Shown here in pieces: positions 38,526 to 51,030 of a stretch of 64,000 nt of DNA. The stretch lies in NCBI GenBank assembly GCA_046563655.1, contig CM102284.1, positions 1,116,001 to 1,180,000 of the forward strand, read 5' to 3'. Within the stretch, counting starts at the first letter, position 1. Every line of letters begins with the position of its first letter. The position numbers and the translations under genes are program-made. Under the pieces are notes generated by a model that was not told the origin of the DNA, did no database searches, and saw only the letters and a list, made by a program, of their open reading frames with translations. Source of the DNA: Yuukianura sp. NJ FZ-2021. Its lineage: Eukaryota.

Positions 38526-39222
38526 TTCCAAAAAAAATCAAAATTTCGAAAACTTTCAATTGTTATAAAATTTTGAAATTTGTTGAATAACGAAACCCTG
38601 AACTTGGTTGATTTCCAATTGAAGTGTGTGGTGATCAAATGGTTTTAGTGGGTTTTGATGGTTGTTTGTTCCTGGTTTCCTCAAAGGCCTTTTGGTGATA
38701 AACCTATTTTTAATTTGCACAAGCCAATTCTAAAGTTTTTTTTTGAAAACTAGCACAAGTAGACTTGTTTCTGCAAAGACAAGATTAGGTTAGGTGCAGG
38801 TTAGACTAAAAACGTAACCTTTCGCCTAGATTTGCCTAACATAACCTTCTTATGTGCATTGAGTGATGTAAATTTAAGTGATAGCGGCTGTGGATGGAAG
38901 TTTTTGAAGAAAGAATCACACTTAATTTTGGATGAGTGTCAAGACCTAACAAGTTTAGACTAGAAGTTTGAGCAATTAGCAAAAAAAAATTCAAATGACC
39001 TGTGACCTTGTGATTTCAGAATTTCTTGTTTTGCGACTTTTAGAATCTGCAATTATAATGACTAGCTCCACTTATTATAACATGAGCAAAAGCAATAAAG
39101 TTGCTATTTAAAGAAAAACCTGAAGCCAAGGAAGGACAATAGTTTGGCCGAAAACTTGAAAAAAACGAGGTTTTGTTTTCAAGTTTTTAATGCAGTTTCA
39201 AAATTTTTTTTAAATTTATAAT

Positions 39223-40732
39223 TTAGATTCTTAGACAACATGGAATTCCCGCAGAAAGTCCGCGAGCTCCAAAGTTTTTTACGCGAAAAACTGCGCCTGC
39301 GTTAGGATCAGCTTTTAGTTCCTCTGGAGTGTGATAGTAATTGGAACTTGTGACATATAGTTCATCTGTAACAAAAAAAAAAATTCTGGCGGGAATTTGA
39401 AAAAAAAAATCAAAATTTTGAAATAAGATGATGCTTACAAAGTTCGTACCTAAACTTTTCCCGCCAAAGGCAACCGACGTTATGTGCTTAGCAGGTAGGT
39501 CAATATGTCCGACTAGCTTTCCAGTCATTGGATTCACTTGAATTACCTAATCATTGAGTTAGATTTTCAGAAAAATTATTATTCAAAATTTCAAAATTTC
39601 AAAATTTTTGAACTTGCTTTGCCGGCATAGAAACACGCCACCCATAAATTTCCATTGGAGTCAACCGCCATCCCGTCTGGAACACCGCTTATATTTTCCT
39701 TTTCAAAATCAAACACTGGACGACGGTTTGCTAGATTCAAAAAACAGAATCCACATAAAATCTAAACCAAATTTTGTTCGAAATTTCAAATTTTTTTTTA
39801 ACCAATTTTTCCACTTATTGCGTCAAAATCAAATGCGTCAACTCTTCTTGTGTAAGAATCAATGTAGTAACATTTCTTATCGTCCGGTGACCATGCAAAA
39901 CCGTTGGAGCAACCGACACCGTGATACTGCGCAGTCACGGCTCCATTTGAATCCAATTTGTATAAACTTCCTTTAGTTAGATCTTCTACCGGTGGATTAT
40001 GCTTGTAAGTGGGCATTGTTCCTGCCCAATTCATGAAATATATTAATAAATACTAAAATATATTAATATATAATATAATACTTTAACTTATAACCTATAT
40101 TTGTACACTATTAAAATGAGAACTACCAGTCCAGAGGCGACCGGCCCTGTCGCATTTTCCGTCGTTAAATTTTCCCGCCAAATTTTTTGTGTCCGTTGCA
40201 TTGTAAATTGTCGTTATTTTTGTCGGTTTTTCTGAAACTGAATCCCATTCTAATTTTTTCAAACTTCGTCCATGTGTAATAACAAATTGGTTTGAATTTC
40301 CCGCTACTGGAATAACCAAACTCACGCCAACTTCTCCTAAACAATCGAAACCTAATCAAAAAAGTTATGTTTTATTAGGTTAATTCTCATTAGATTAACT
40401 TATTTTAAAGTTCGTTGAGGTTACAAACCTATGTTGACTCTACCACTTTTTCCAGTGACAGGACAGTATGAACCGATGGCACAACCAGCGATGTCTGCAA
40501 AGTATAATTTTTGCTTTTCAGCGTCCCAGTGAGGCCCTTCGCCCAACAAAGTTTTTTCAATGTTTAGGATTTCCACTTCGTAGTTCCCCATTTTGGAAAT
40601 TTTGAAATCCGTTTTCTCTCGTTTAATATTTTTAAAACTTGAACCCAGTAGTTTTGAACAAAACGGCTGTTTTTGGAGACATATCGTTTCAAAATGATTT
40701 GAACACAATTTAAAAGCTAATCTCAAAGCCAT
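39223..40732 (-). CDS. RGN: Regucalcin / SMP-30 gluconolactonase, copy 1
   Basis: LGEGPHWD, FNDGKCDRAGRLWTGTM, SNGFAWSPD, PDGMAVD, ITSVAFGG, ELYVTS. Alternative start MGNYEV at ~40590. Confidence 0.93.
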
Positions 40733-41459
40733 TTTGAGGTTTAAATTTCTTAAGTGTTTGAGGTTTTAACTGCAAATTTACAAAGTTAGTAAACTGGTTA
40801 ATTAAATTTAAAATTAGTTGTGTTAAAAAAGTGATGGAAGTGTGTGTGTGTGTACCTCACGCACTTTCATATGGTTAGTATATAGTTTAAAAAGTATGAT
40901 AACGCACTTTTAGAGCAAAAAAAGAGTTACAAAAAAAGTAGCGTAAGCTATACGCTGTGGTATGCGAAAAGAGGTCACTGCCCTCACAACCTTCAACTCA
41001 CGCATGGAACGCACAATTTCCGAAAGCCAAAACAGGTTTTGACTTAAAATTTTAAGTTTTTTTTTAAATTTTATTTAAATTTTTTAATTTAAATGTAAAA
41101 TTTAAAAATTTAGCTTAACAGTTTTTAAAATTTATTTTCGCAACTTCTGTTGTCAGTTTTTAATGCATTTTATTCCGTTTTTAAAAGAGTAAAAAATCAT
41201 GACTTTTCTGAAACATTGACCATATTGTCAACTTTTTAAAATTTTTATATACTCGTTTCTGGCACCGAAACTTGAACATCCCTATTTAGATTTTATGGCT
41301 TTTAGGCGTTTTGTGACGATAGAGCTGAATTCCAACACAGTTCAAAAAAAATTGTTCTGTGTTCAGTGTCATCTAGAATCATGAAAACCGCAAATCTAAA
41401 AAGAACTTTAACAACCAAAAAAATTTGATCAATTATTGTCGGTTTTTAATAATTTTTTT

Positions 41460-43095
41460 TTAGTTTTTGGAAGAATATGGAATTCCAGCTGAAAGACCAC
41501 GGGCGCCGATGTTTGTCACTCGAAAGATGGCGCCAGCATGCGGTTCAGCTGCGAGTTGCTCCGGAGTGTGAGCGTGCTTGGAACAAGTGACATACAGTTC
41601 ATCTGAAAAAAATTTTGGCGCGAGAGTTTGAACATGAATTGCCTTAGGTGAGCATGAATTGCTATAATCTACATTTAAGTTAAATGTAACTTGACCCTTG
41701 ACCTTTGCCTTACCTAAATTTTTCCCGCCAAAACAAACTGAAGTAATGCATCTCGTCGGAAGTTGAATTCGGGCAAGGATTTTTCCAGTAACAGGATTGA
41801 GATGAATGACCTGCATTTTTAAACCCGGATTAAGTGTGGATTTTTGGCTCTTTTGTTATTGGAAATTATTTGAAATTGTGAAAAATTTTAATTTTTAAAT
41901 TTTTAGACTTGACTTGCCTTGCTCCCACCGAAACACGCCACCCATAAATTTCCATTCGTGTCAATTGCCATTCCGTCTCCCACTCCACTCTCATTTTCCT
42001 TTGCGTAGTCGAAAATCACTCGACGATTTGCTAATTTTCAAAAACGAAATAATTCAATACACACAAAAAAAATTCTTTTTTTCAAAAAAAAAATTTGTAC
42101 AAATTTTTCCCGTTGGTGCGTCGTAATCAAAAGCATCTACTGTGTTTTTGTAGGAGTCAACGTAGTAAAAGATTTTTTCGTCACGTGACCACGCAAGACC
42201 GTTTGAAATTCCGACTCCCGGCCATTCCTTCGTCACAGCTCCGTTGACATCCAACTTGAACAAAGTTCCTCGTGTCAAGTCTTCCACCGTTGGAGTAAGC
42301 GTAAACACTGGCATGGTTCCTGCGCATGTCAAAAGTTTAGTTAGTCAACATAACAAAATTCATTAGGTCACTGATTAGCAGCGCTGCCAAAAATAGTTAG
42401 TAAAAACCAGCGAAGTATTTAAACAAAATACAATGTTGACGGAAAAGCTCGAAATATTTACTAAGTTAGCGTTAAAGCCATGGGAAAATAAATAAATATT
42501 TTGTAACAAAAATGCCCGGCATATTGATTTTGTTAATATTACAGGCATGGGAAATAAATATTTTTGCCATGTCTGCTGATTAGGTTAGTTATGTAATCAA
42601 TACCTGCCCAGAGTCGTCCATGACTGTCACATTTTCCATCGTTGAATCTTCCCGCCAAATTGTTTGGTTCCTTCGACTCATAGATTGTGGTCAATTTTGT
42701 CGGTTTGTCAGAGACTGAATCCCACTCCATCTTTTTCAGACACAGTCCATGCCCAATGATAAACTCATTTGGATTTCCCGCCACTGGAACAACCAAGGTC
42801 ACTGCAGCCTCTCCTGGACATGGTGAATCTAAAACAACAAAAAAACGTCTTTCATAAATCTTCATTTTGCAACAAAAAAAAAAGCGACAAAATTCAAATC
42901 TTGAAGTTCCCGGACTCTGAATTTGCTTTTACCGATTTTGACTCTTGAAGTTTTTCCAGTTTCGGGGCAATATGAGCCAACGGCGCAGCCCGTGAGGTCA
43001 ACAAAGTACAGTCTTTGTCTTTCGGCATCCCAGTGAGGCCCTTCGCCCAAATAAGTCTGCTCGATATCCAGTACTTCTACTTTGTAGTTTTCCAT
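41460..43095 (-). CDS. RGN: Regucalcin / SMP-30 gluconolactonase, copy 2
   Basis: LGEGPHWD, RFNDGKCDSHGRLWAG, SNGLAWS, DGMAID, ITSVCFGG, ELYVT; same exon structure as copy 1. Confidence 0.93.
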
Positions 43096-44415
43096 TTTGA
43101 ATTTTCCCGCGTTAATTTTTGTTAAAATTAAGTTCAAAATTAAAAACTCCAGAAATTTTAAATGCAATGGTCTGCGTGCCTCCTCGCTCCTAAGTGTCTG
43201 GAAACTCTGACATTGAAGCCAATTTCTATGCAAACTGGAGATCCAGAATCCACTTCAGAATGCTAATCTCTGTCAGTGTCACTAAAGTGTAAAGTGATAA
43301 CTTATAACATTGAAGGGCGATTAATTTTTTATGTAACGTATATTTTACATTATTTACTCTTCAGCTAGTAAACATGAGGATGATTTCAAATTTTGAATGT
43401 CAAGCATCCATTAAATTCGATTAATTTAACATAATTTAACACGGCAATGAGGCAATCCTAGCATAGTTGAGAGCGAGTGATTGATGCATGACCGGTCAAT
43501 TAGAAACAGTGTAACAAAAAATTTTGAAATGCTTTTGAAAAGTGTTTCAAAAAAGTTTTCAATTCTTTCACTTTTTTATTTTTTTGAGAATAGTACGATT
43601 TTATTAAAACTTTCGAAAATTCAAAAACCTCCTCATAAACGTTTTGAAGTAACAAAAATGTGAAATAAATTAAAAACTCAAGTTTTGTAAATTCTGTCAC
43701 ATAAATTGCATTAGATGACGCAAAATCATTTTTTGAATAGATTTTTCTTTAATTGATTTTTTTTTTTGAGATTTTGTCTGTTGGAATTTTATACTTCTAA
43801 ACTTTTTCATGAAAGCTGTGTTTGTAATGATACGTGGCCGTGTACTTTTTTTCTGTGTTGTGTTCCATTCCAGAAAAGACTCGACTTATGGATTTTTCTG
43901 GCCTTGGCCTTGAATCTCCTCTGCTTCTGCTGTAACTCGCACAGAATGTTAAGATGAATTGACTTTTTCTACCTAACGAAAGCCATAGTAAAGTAGAAAA
44001 TCTTCACAAAAACAGGCTACTGCAGTGCAGCATTTTAGTTTGGTTTGACTTTGTACACAAACAGCAGCAGCAGAAAACATAACATTTACTGAAAAGCTTA
44101 ACCTTGTAGCCAAACTTTGTAAAACTGCGGGGGCGGTGGGTCGTGCCAAAACTGTTTTGCATTTTGGCATCAACTCTGGAATTTGTGTAGCACAAACCTA
44201 CAAACTTGGTTTTTGCCGTTGAATCACCACACGCTCTGCTTAATCTTCAGAATCAGCCAAGAAGAAAGACCCCGTATTCCTTAAGACTTCAGTTTGTGCT
44301 TGGCTTTCTGCAAAGGCAGAACTCGCTGCTACATTTGCAGAAACCTATTTGCAGTAACAAGATTACAGCAATCGATTTGCAGTAAAACTGCAGCGCGTGA
44401 CCCACAGCCAACGCA

Positions 44416-47255
44416 ATGGCATTCAAAGGATTCTTCAAAGCCATCAAAACCGAAATCGGGAATGAAATTACAAAGCAATTTAGCGGCGGACTGCAAAGCG
44501 GAGGCGGCGGGGCAGAGAGTAGTGGTGGGGCAATTGCCCCGTCGGCGGGTGGCTTCAACTTGTCAATGATAGAAGACGTCATGGGACTGCTCAGTGGTGG
44601 TAAGAATGCTGGTGGGGCTGGTGGTTCCGGTGGAGGCGGCGGGAAAAGTGGAGTCCAGAAGATCCTCGGGATGATTCAAATGGTGGGTGGAATTTTGCCG
44701 GGAGATTTGAAACAGAACAAGTACATTTCCGGTATTTTGAAAATTGCTGAGATGTTTGGACATGGATTGGGAGACGACACGCCCCGCCCCGAACGGAACC
44801 CGGATGGAAGCACTATAGATGGATTCCTAAAGACGTTGATTGATGGACGGAAGATTTTTGGGGGCGGGGGTGGGACCGGCGGGAGGACAGTCAAGGACAC
44901 AGTTTCAGGAGGGGGCAGGCGTCGTCCCATGCCTTCTACTCCTTCATATGACACTGGAGATGGCGGGGAAGTTCAAAATTACGAAGCTCTGAGAGCAGAA
45001 TGTCTCCAAAATGGCGCCCTTTTTGAAGATGAACTTTTCCGACCTGTGGATTCCTCCGTTTTTTACTCAAATTCGTCCCGAAAAAATATTTACTGGAAGC
45101 GCCCACATCAAATCACTTCGGATCCTGAGTTTTTTGTGGATGGAGCTTCAAGGTAACTAAAAATTGAAACTTTTTCGAAAAAAGCAGTCAAACTGTTTTC
45201 AAAAATACAAAATTCGATAATTTTTCTTCAAATTTTCAGGTTTGATGTCATTCAAGGTGAACTTGGAGACTGCTGGTTGCTCGCCGCCGTGGCAAATTTG
45301 ACCATCAACGAAGCCCAGTTTCGTAGTGTCGTCCCCAACGACAATTCGTTTGCCCAGGGAGAATACGCCGGAATTTTTCATTTTCGGTTTTGGCAGTATG
45401 GGAAATGGGTACGTTTTTCAAAATTTTCAAAAAAAAAATCCAGTTTCTCTACTTTTTCAAACAAAAAGTACACGGGTGGTACTAGGTTGTATCAAAATTG
45501 CATTGCTCGAAATCTTTTTCCCTTCTGATAGCAAAGTCAAATCAAAGTTAATTTGTTTTTCAGTTTCAAATGAAACGGACGGATTATGAAAAAATGAATC
45601 AAAAGTTTCAGTATCAAAATTTTTATGACTTTGAATTTTTACTTGACTTGTTTTTTTTTTTCAGATTGAAATTGTGGTGGACGACTATCTTCCATGCAAC
45701 TCACAAGGGGAACTGCTTTTCATGCATTCAGAAATCAAAAATGAGTTTTGGAGCGCATTACTGGAAAAAGCTTATGCTAAACTACACGGTTCATATGAAG
45801 CTCTCAAGGGCGGAACAACATGTGAAGGTGATTTTCATAAAAAATGAAAAAAGAAGTTTTCAATTATGAATCATGTTTGTCAGTTGTAAAATTTCATTTT
45901 TTTAGCTCTGGTGGACTTTACTGGAGGAGTGACAGAACTGTATGATGTCCAAAATGGACCGACTAACTTGTACCAATTGATGCAGAAAGCGTGGGAGCGT
46001 AGTTCCTTCCTTGGATGTTCAATCGAACCAGATCCCAGGGTCACGGAAGCTGAAACGCCGCAGGGGCTGATTCGAGGTCACGCCTACTCCATCACTGACA
46101 TGCAGACAATTGATATTCAAACACCGCGCATGAGCGGCCGTATTCCGCTTCTGCGCATTCGCAATCCGTGGGGAAATGAAGGTAACCCAGATCTTCAAAA
46201 CGTTATTTATTGCGAATGACCAAAGTATTGAAAAGTTTGAGCATGTGCAGGAATTTTAAGGTCAAGGTCACTAAACTTTGTAATTTGTTTGTTTTAGGTG
46301 AATGGAAAGGTGCCTGGAGTGACGGAAGCCAGGAGTGGCAGTTCGTACAAGACGAATTGAAAGACGACATTTGCTTAACTTTTGACGCCGACGGAGAGTT
46401 CTGGATGTCCAACAAAGGTGAACGTTTTTCCAAAAACTTTTCCAAATTTTAGTTTTTTCAAATTCCAAGAAAAAAAGTAGTTTTCAAATTACTAACATAC
46501 CCAAAAAATATCTTCCAAAAAACCACTGTAAAGGAATATTTCTTAGGACAGACGGACAAACAAAGGAATTTTTTATTATAATAGAACCGCGTCAGTCCCT
46601 TCTTAAATTGATTTGCGGAAGTTTTTTTTTGTACTACTTACAATAAAATTGGAAAGAAACTGAAATTTTGATAGTAATGGATTTTTGTTGTTATTTTTCA
46701 GATTTTCTCCAGTATTTCCAGCGTGTTGAAATTTGCAACTTAAGTCCGGATGCCCTTGAAGAGGACTTGGACACTTCCGGTAAGAAAAAGTGGGAACTCA
46801 GTTTGTACGAAGGTGCTTGGATCCCGGGCCAATCTGCCGGTGGATGTCGTAACTACTTGGACACATTTGCGATGAATCCGCAGTACATCATCACACTAAC
46901 AGATCCAGATGAAGATGACAACGACGACAAATGCACAGTCATTGTCGCTCTGATGCAAAAGAACAGAAGACAAATGAGACACGAGGGACTGGATTGTCTC
47001 ACAATTGGATTCGCCATTTACAGACTCGATCCTGGCGAAGACCTTCCGACACCTCTTGACACAAATTACTTCAAGTTTCATCCGTCTGCAGCCAGGTCAC
47101 CTACGTTCATTAACCTTAGGGAAGTTAGTTCTAGATTTAGACTTCCGGTCGGAACGTACTGTATAGTTCCAAGCACTTTTGAACCGAACGAAGAGGCAGA
47201 GTTTGTCATTCGGGTCTTTTCGGAAGCTCCGACGAACATGTACGTGCACGAGTAG
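44416..47255 (+). CDS. Calpain (CysPc + domain III/C2L) with Gly-rich N-terminus; PEF domain not found
   Basis: [56 protein letters not shown]. Reading stops at ...TNMYVHE* just after a potential donor (AT|GTACGT). Confidence 0.92.
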
Positions 47256-47679
47256 AAGTGTATCAAAGATAAGTTAAACTGATTTCACAAAAGAATATAG
47301 GTTTAGTCTAGTTTTAAATTTAGTTTGATTAAGTCCATAGAATTTTTTTTTTGAATTTTGGATTAATTTTTAATTTAAAATTTCCCGGTTTTTCTGCCTC
47401 TCCGGTATGATGCTAACGCTAACTGCAATGTTATGCCTAGCCTGTGCCTCGTCGCATCCTAACGTTAGCGGTTGATGAATTTTATTGCTAACCTGGAATG
47501 CTGTATTAATGTGGTTGTATTGATATTGTACTTGTACGTGGTACAAAAATGTATACTAACGTATGCTAACTACTTTTCGCGTACGCCTGATAGTATTTTG
47601 AAACTGGAAACTGCTGATATCGCGTTTGAGCGCGTTACTAACCTACTCCCACCAGCACAGTATAAGCCCCATCTAGCGG

Positions 47680-48255
47680 GAAAGATTTGAAGATGTGAGG
47701 GACATGTAGCGGGGACTTCGCTAAAATCTTAAGTTTGAGTAAGTTGGTTTTCTCCACAGCTTTTTTGTGTTAGCTGGATAAAAATAACACAAAGCGAGAC
47801 ATGTAATAACCGTTAACAGGTTATACATTACAAGGTGTTATTTCGTTTGAATTCTGAAACAGTTTATTCAGGGTAAAAAATTAAATATGGCAAGCATTGG
47901 TTTAAGTTGTTAGCTTCCCGTTATGCAGCAGAGAGATCATTGAAATTCTGAGCTTTTGTCAGTTTTTAAGGGAATTGCTGGTGGATTTCTACCTTAGCGC
48001 TTGCAACCATTACCATGGAAGTCTGTGAATCATTTCTTGGAAACGATTTCAAATCCGCCTTTGTTCATGCACACACGTTCACTGCGAATCCCATTTCATG
48101 GGCCGCGGCAACAAAATCCTTGTAAATTTTCAAAGCAGCAGAGACAATTGCTTGTTTTCGAGGAATCCAAGAGGCTCATCTGACAGGGTTGAAAGAATTT
48201 TCAGAAAGCCTTGGCACCTTATTTGCAAAACGCCGGAATTTGGAAACTATTTGAA
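47680..48255 (+). pseudogene. bioA: Degenerate bacterial-type BioA (DAPA aminotransferase, class III PLP) relic
   Basis: Manual translation from ~47935: DH*NSELLSVFKGIAGGFLP/LALATITMEVCESFLGNDFKSAFVHAHTFTANPISWAAATKSL*IF...RRNLETI, matching BioA KGLTGGFLPL...HGHSYTANPLACAAA. Weaker upstream matches are ILKQFIQG (ILEPLIQG) and GDF (HGDT). It has a frameshift and stops. Confidence 0.8.
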
Positions 48256-49881
48256 ATTTCGGCGAAGTGGAATTTCATTTAACCTTTACTTTGTAGTTAA
48301 AGCATTCTATGAAATGTAGAAATTCGATTCGACAATCGTCTACACCTTAACTTTGAAGGTCAAATGTAATATGACTAGTCAAGTCAACTTTAGCATGAGC
48401 TGAATTGGATATATGCCTTCAAGACTTGAGATCTTTGGAAGAATTTTCCTCCAATGACATTTTTGCAAATGAAAATTCATTGAATAAATAGTAATAAAAT
48501 AAAGGGAAAAAAATAATACGACTTTTTTGAAAATGTGAAATTCTAGCTTTCAAATTTGCAACAGCTCGAGCACAGGAGTAGCTTTGCTTCATTGAGTACC
48601 TCTCAGATTTACACGAAGCTTATGCCTACCCTAAACAGCGTTTCCTTTATTCTTACTTACCGTGTTCAGTCTTTGTAGCAAGTGCGAGCTCCACCACAAC
48701 AATTCTTGAAGTTTCTATTCAGGAGCAAGTTCCATTTGGTTTGCACTGGAAACTGAGTCGATGTAGAGGGCTGTACAAGCGCACTGCATATGAGCTTCGC
48801 GTTTTCTAAACTCGGCAAAATTTGATCAAACTCGGGCATATCGTGGTTAATGGAGGACGGTTTCGCAAACTTGGATGCTTGATAGTGAATACCGAAAAAT
48901 AGTTGACCGGTTTTTACTAATTAAAATGTAAAGGAGGTGTTACTGTGTTGGAGACTGGACTGACAAGAGGTCCAAAAGGTAAAACAACTAAAGCAAAACT
49001 TCATTTTTGACATAAAAATAGGTTTTATAAATACTTACCGGCGGATTTTGATGTTGCATTGTCTAAAAGTCTCCTTCAACGTTGCCTTTCTTTCTAACTT
49101 TGTAAAGGTAGCAAACGAACATACTGATCTTTGGAAGGAGTTTCCTCCAACGACATTTTTGCAAATGGAAATCATGAAAGCAATGAAATTATAATTATAG
49201 TATATATATGACAACTTGTCAAAGGGAAGTGCTTGTTATCTGTTATTCCTACGCAATTGATTCCATGATGTTGTAGATCACGACACCAAAGTCAACCAGA
49301 AGAGCTCCGATGCCAGTGAACCCTGATACTGGAAGTCTATTTCGGTAGGATCTTACGCCGCCGTGCGCAAGACCTTCTCTTTGAAGCAAAACGTTTCGGA
49401 GCAGTTACTCCTTCGGAAACGTAAATGGAAACGGACGTATTGAGCATTGAGGTACTTTCCATTCCAATCCTGTTAATCTAAGCTTTAAATACTTTTAGTC
49501 ATTCAACTAGACGATGGTGATGGACAACTTGTTTCTTGAAGGTTCGTTAGGAGTTCGCTGAGAGATCTACTGTACATATCTCAAGGAATTCATTTGAGGT
49601 TTATCCGGCCCAATCACAAAATTCGAAAAGGTTTTAGAGGTTTTCATATTCTACGGCCTTCTTTCTTGACTTATTTGCAAGCATAAATATTTTCCTCTAT
49701 TTCCGATAGCTGGCTTTCCCAGCACATTTCCAAACCAAGACTAATAATTAGCCTAGTCTTCATGCTCGCCAACTTATAAAATATGCCTTCAACAGCCCAA
49801 GGATACGCCCTTGCTATATTACCATTTTGCCAGTGTCCTTTACCATTTCACCATTTATGTTTCAATGTTGGACAAGCAACA

Positions 49882-49977
49882 TTGGATCAGAATGGGTGGG
49901 ACTATGACAAGTGTGCCCAAGTGTTTACGGAACTGCACAAGAACGGGAGTATTCCACATGAAGCTTTTCTCCAGTAG
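49882..49977 (+). pseudogene. NXF1: Isolated C-terminal fragment of nuclear RNA export factor (TAP-C/UBA domain)
   Basis: LDQNGWDYDKCAQVFTELHKNGSIPHEAFLQ* resembles the NXF1 end LxxNxWDYxxSAQAFTxLKxxGxIPxxAF. It is followed by an A-rich tract (~50001-50028), and no upstream NXF1 exons are seen. Confidence 0.75.
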
Positions 49978-50902
49978 TTTGGAATGTTCGAGAATAAGTT
50001 GTATTATAAAAAACTATAAAAAAAAAACCTAACCTTTCCTTTTTTTTCTTGTTTCTTTAAAAGAACCAGAACATGTCCGTCCAAAGTTACTTGCTGGAAC
50101 GCTTCTTACCTATTCGTTTTACTGTTGAATTGACAAGGCTACTTTGGATACTAAACTATCCGTTCTATGTTTACTTATATTCTTCGTTTTTTATAGTGGG
50201 ATATTTGGAGTCTGGCGAATTTCTTTCTGATATCCTCCGTCAAGAGGATTGCGATAAGCGATGACTAAGATGAGATAAGTGGCGTTAGATTTGAAATTAT
50301 TGCCGTATAATCTACTCTGCCGGTTGATCTGCTTTTGGCAAAATCTGCCAGCAGCAAAGTATGCTAACACGGGTCACCCACCCAATGTACGAAAATTTAT
50401 CCCTTCATCCTCGTTTCGTCCAGTTATAACGGCTAACAGCACGAAGTTGACTAAAAGCACTACAAAGTACTCGAGTCAAACGAAAACGCAGTGGACTTTT
50501 GACATGAGGAAGTTGTGTCTTCTGTCAAAAAAATACTTTTTGCTAAAGAACTGAAACTTGGTCCCACTCCGTGCAGTGCCATTGATAATGGCGTTGTATG
50601 AGATAACGCTGCCGACATGACCAGTAAGATTCCCGAATCTTGTAGTTTGTGTTCCTTCCTCTCTTCTGAAGAATGGTTTTGTACATGGAATTTGTGGATG
50701 CTGACCAAAGGGGCCTAATGCTTTGCCGTTTGCGCTAAAGAAAATGAAGCGTATTGTCATTCCGTGGGTCACGCAGAACCAGATATATTGCCACACTAAA
50801 ACTTTCATCAAAAAGCAGAACTACAATTATCATTTCCATTGGTTTCATCTGCAACTTGTGCCAGAACTTCTGGTTTGCATCGGTCCATCCGTCAATCAAG
50901 TC

Positions 50903-51030
50903 TAGGGCTGTTCAAGTTCCGGTTCCAGATCGGGAAATTACGGTTCCAGTTCCATTTCGGGTTGCGCTTCCAAAGTATTTGGAACCGGAACGTATATTTT
51001 GGATCCGGTTCAGATCCACTTTGGAATGAT
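50903..51030. mobile_element. Solo hAT-like terminus with CCGGTTCC subterminal repeats
   Basis: TAGGGCTGTTCAAGTTCCGGTTCCAGA; a related inverted end (24/27 identity) lies at 41258-41284. Confidence 0.55.

Noticed and set aside
41258-50930. A single 9.6-kb composite hAT element bounded by the related ends at 41258-41284 and 50903
   Set aside because: The two ends face outward relative to the intervening DNA and share no TSD, so they are better read as two solo ends.
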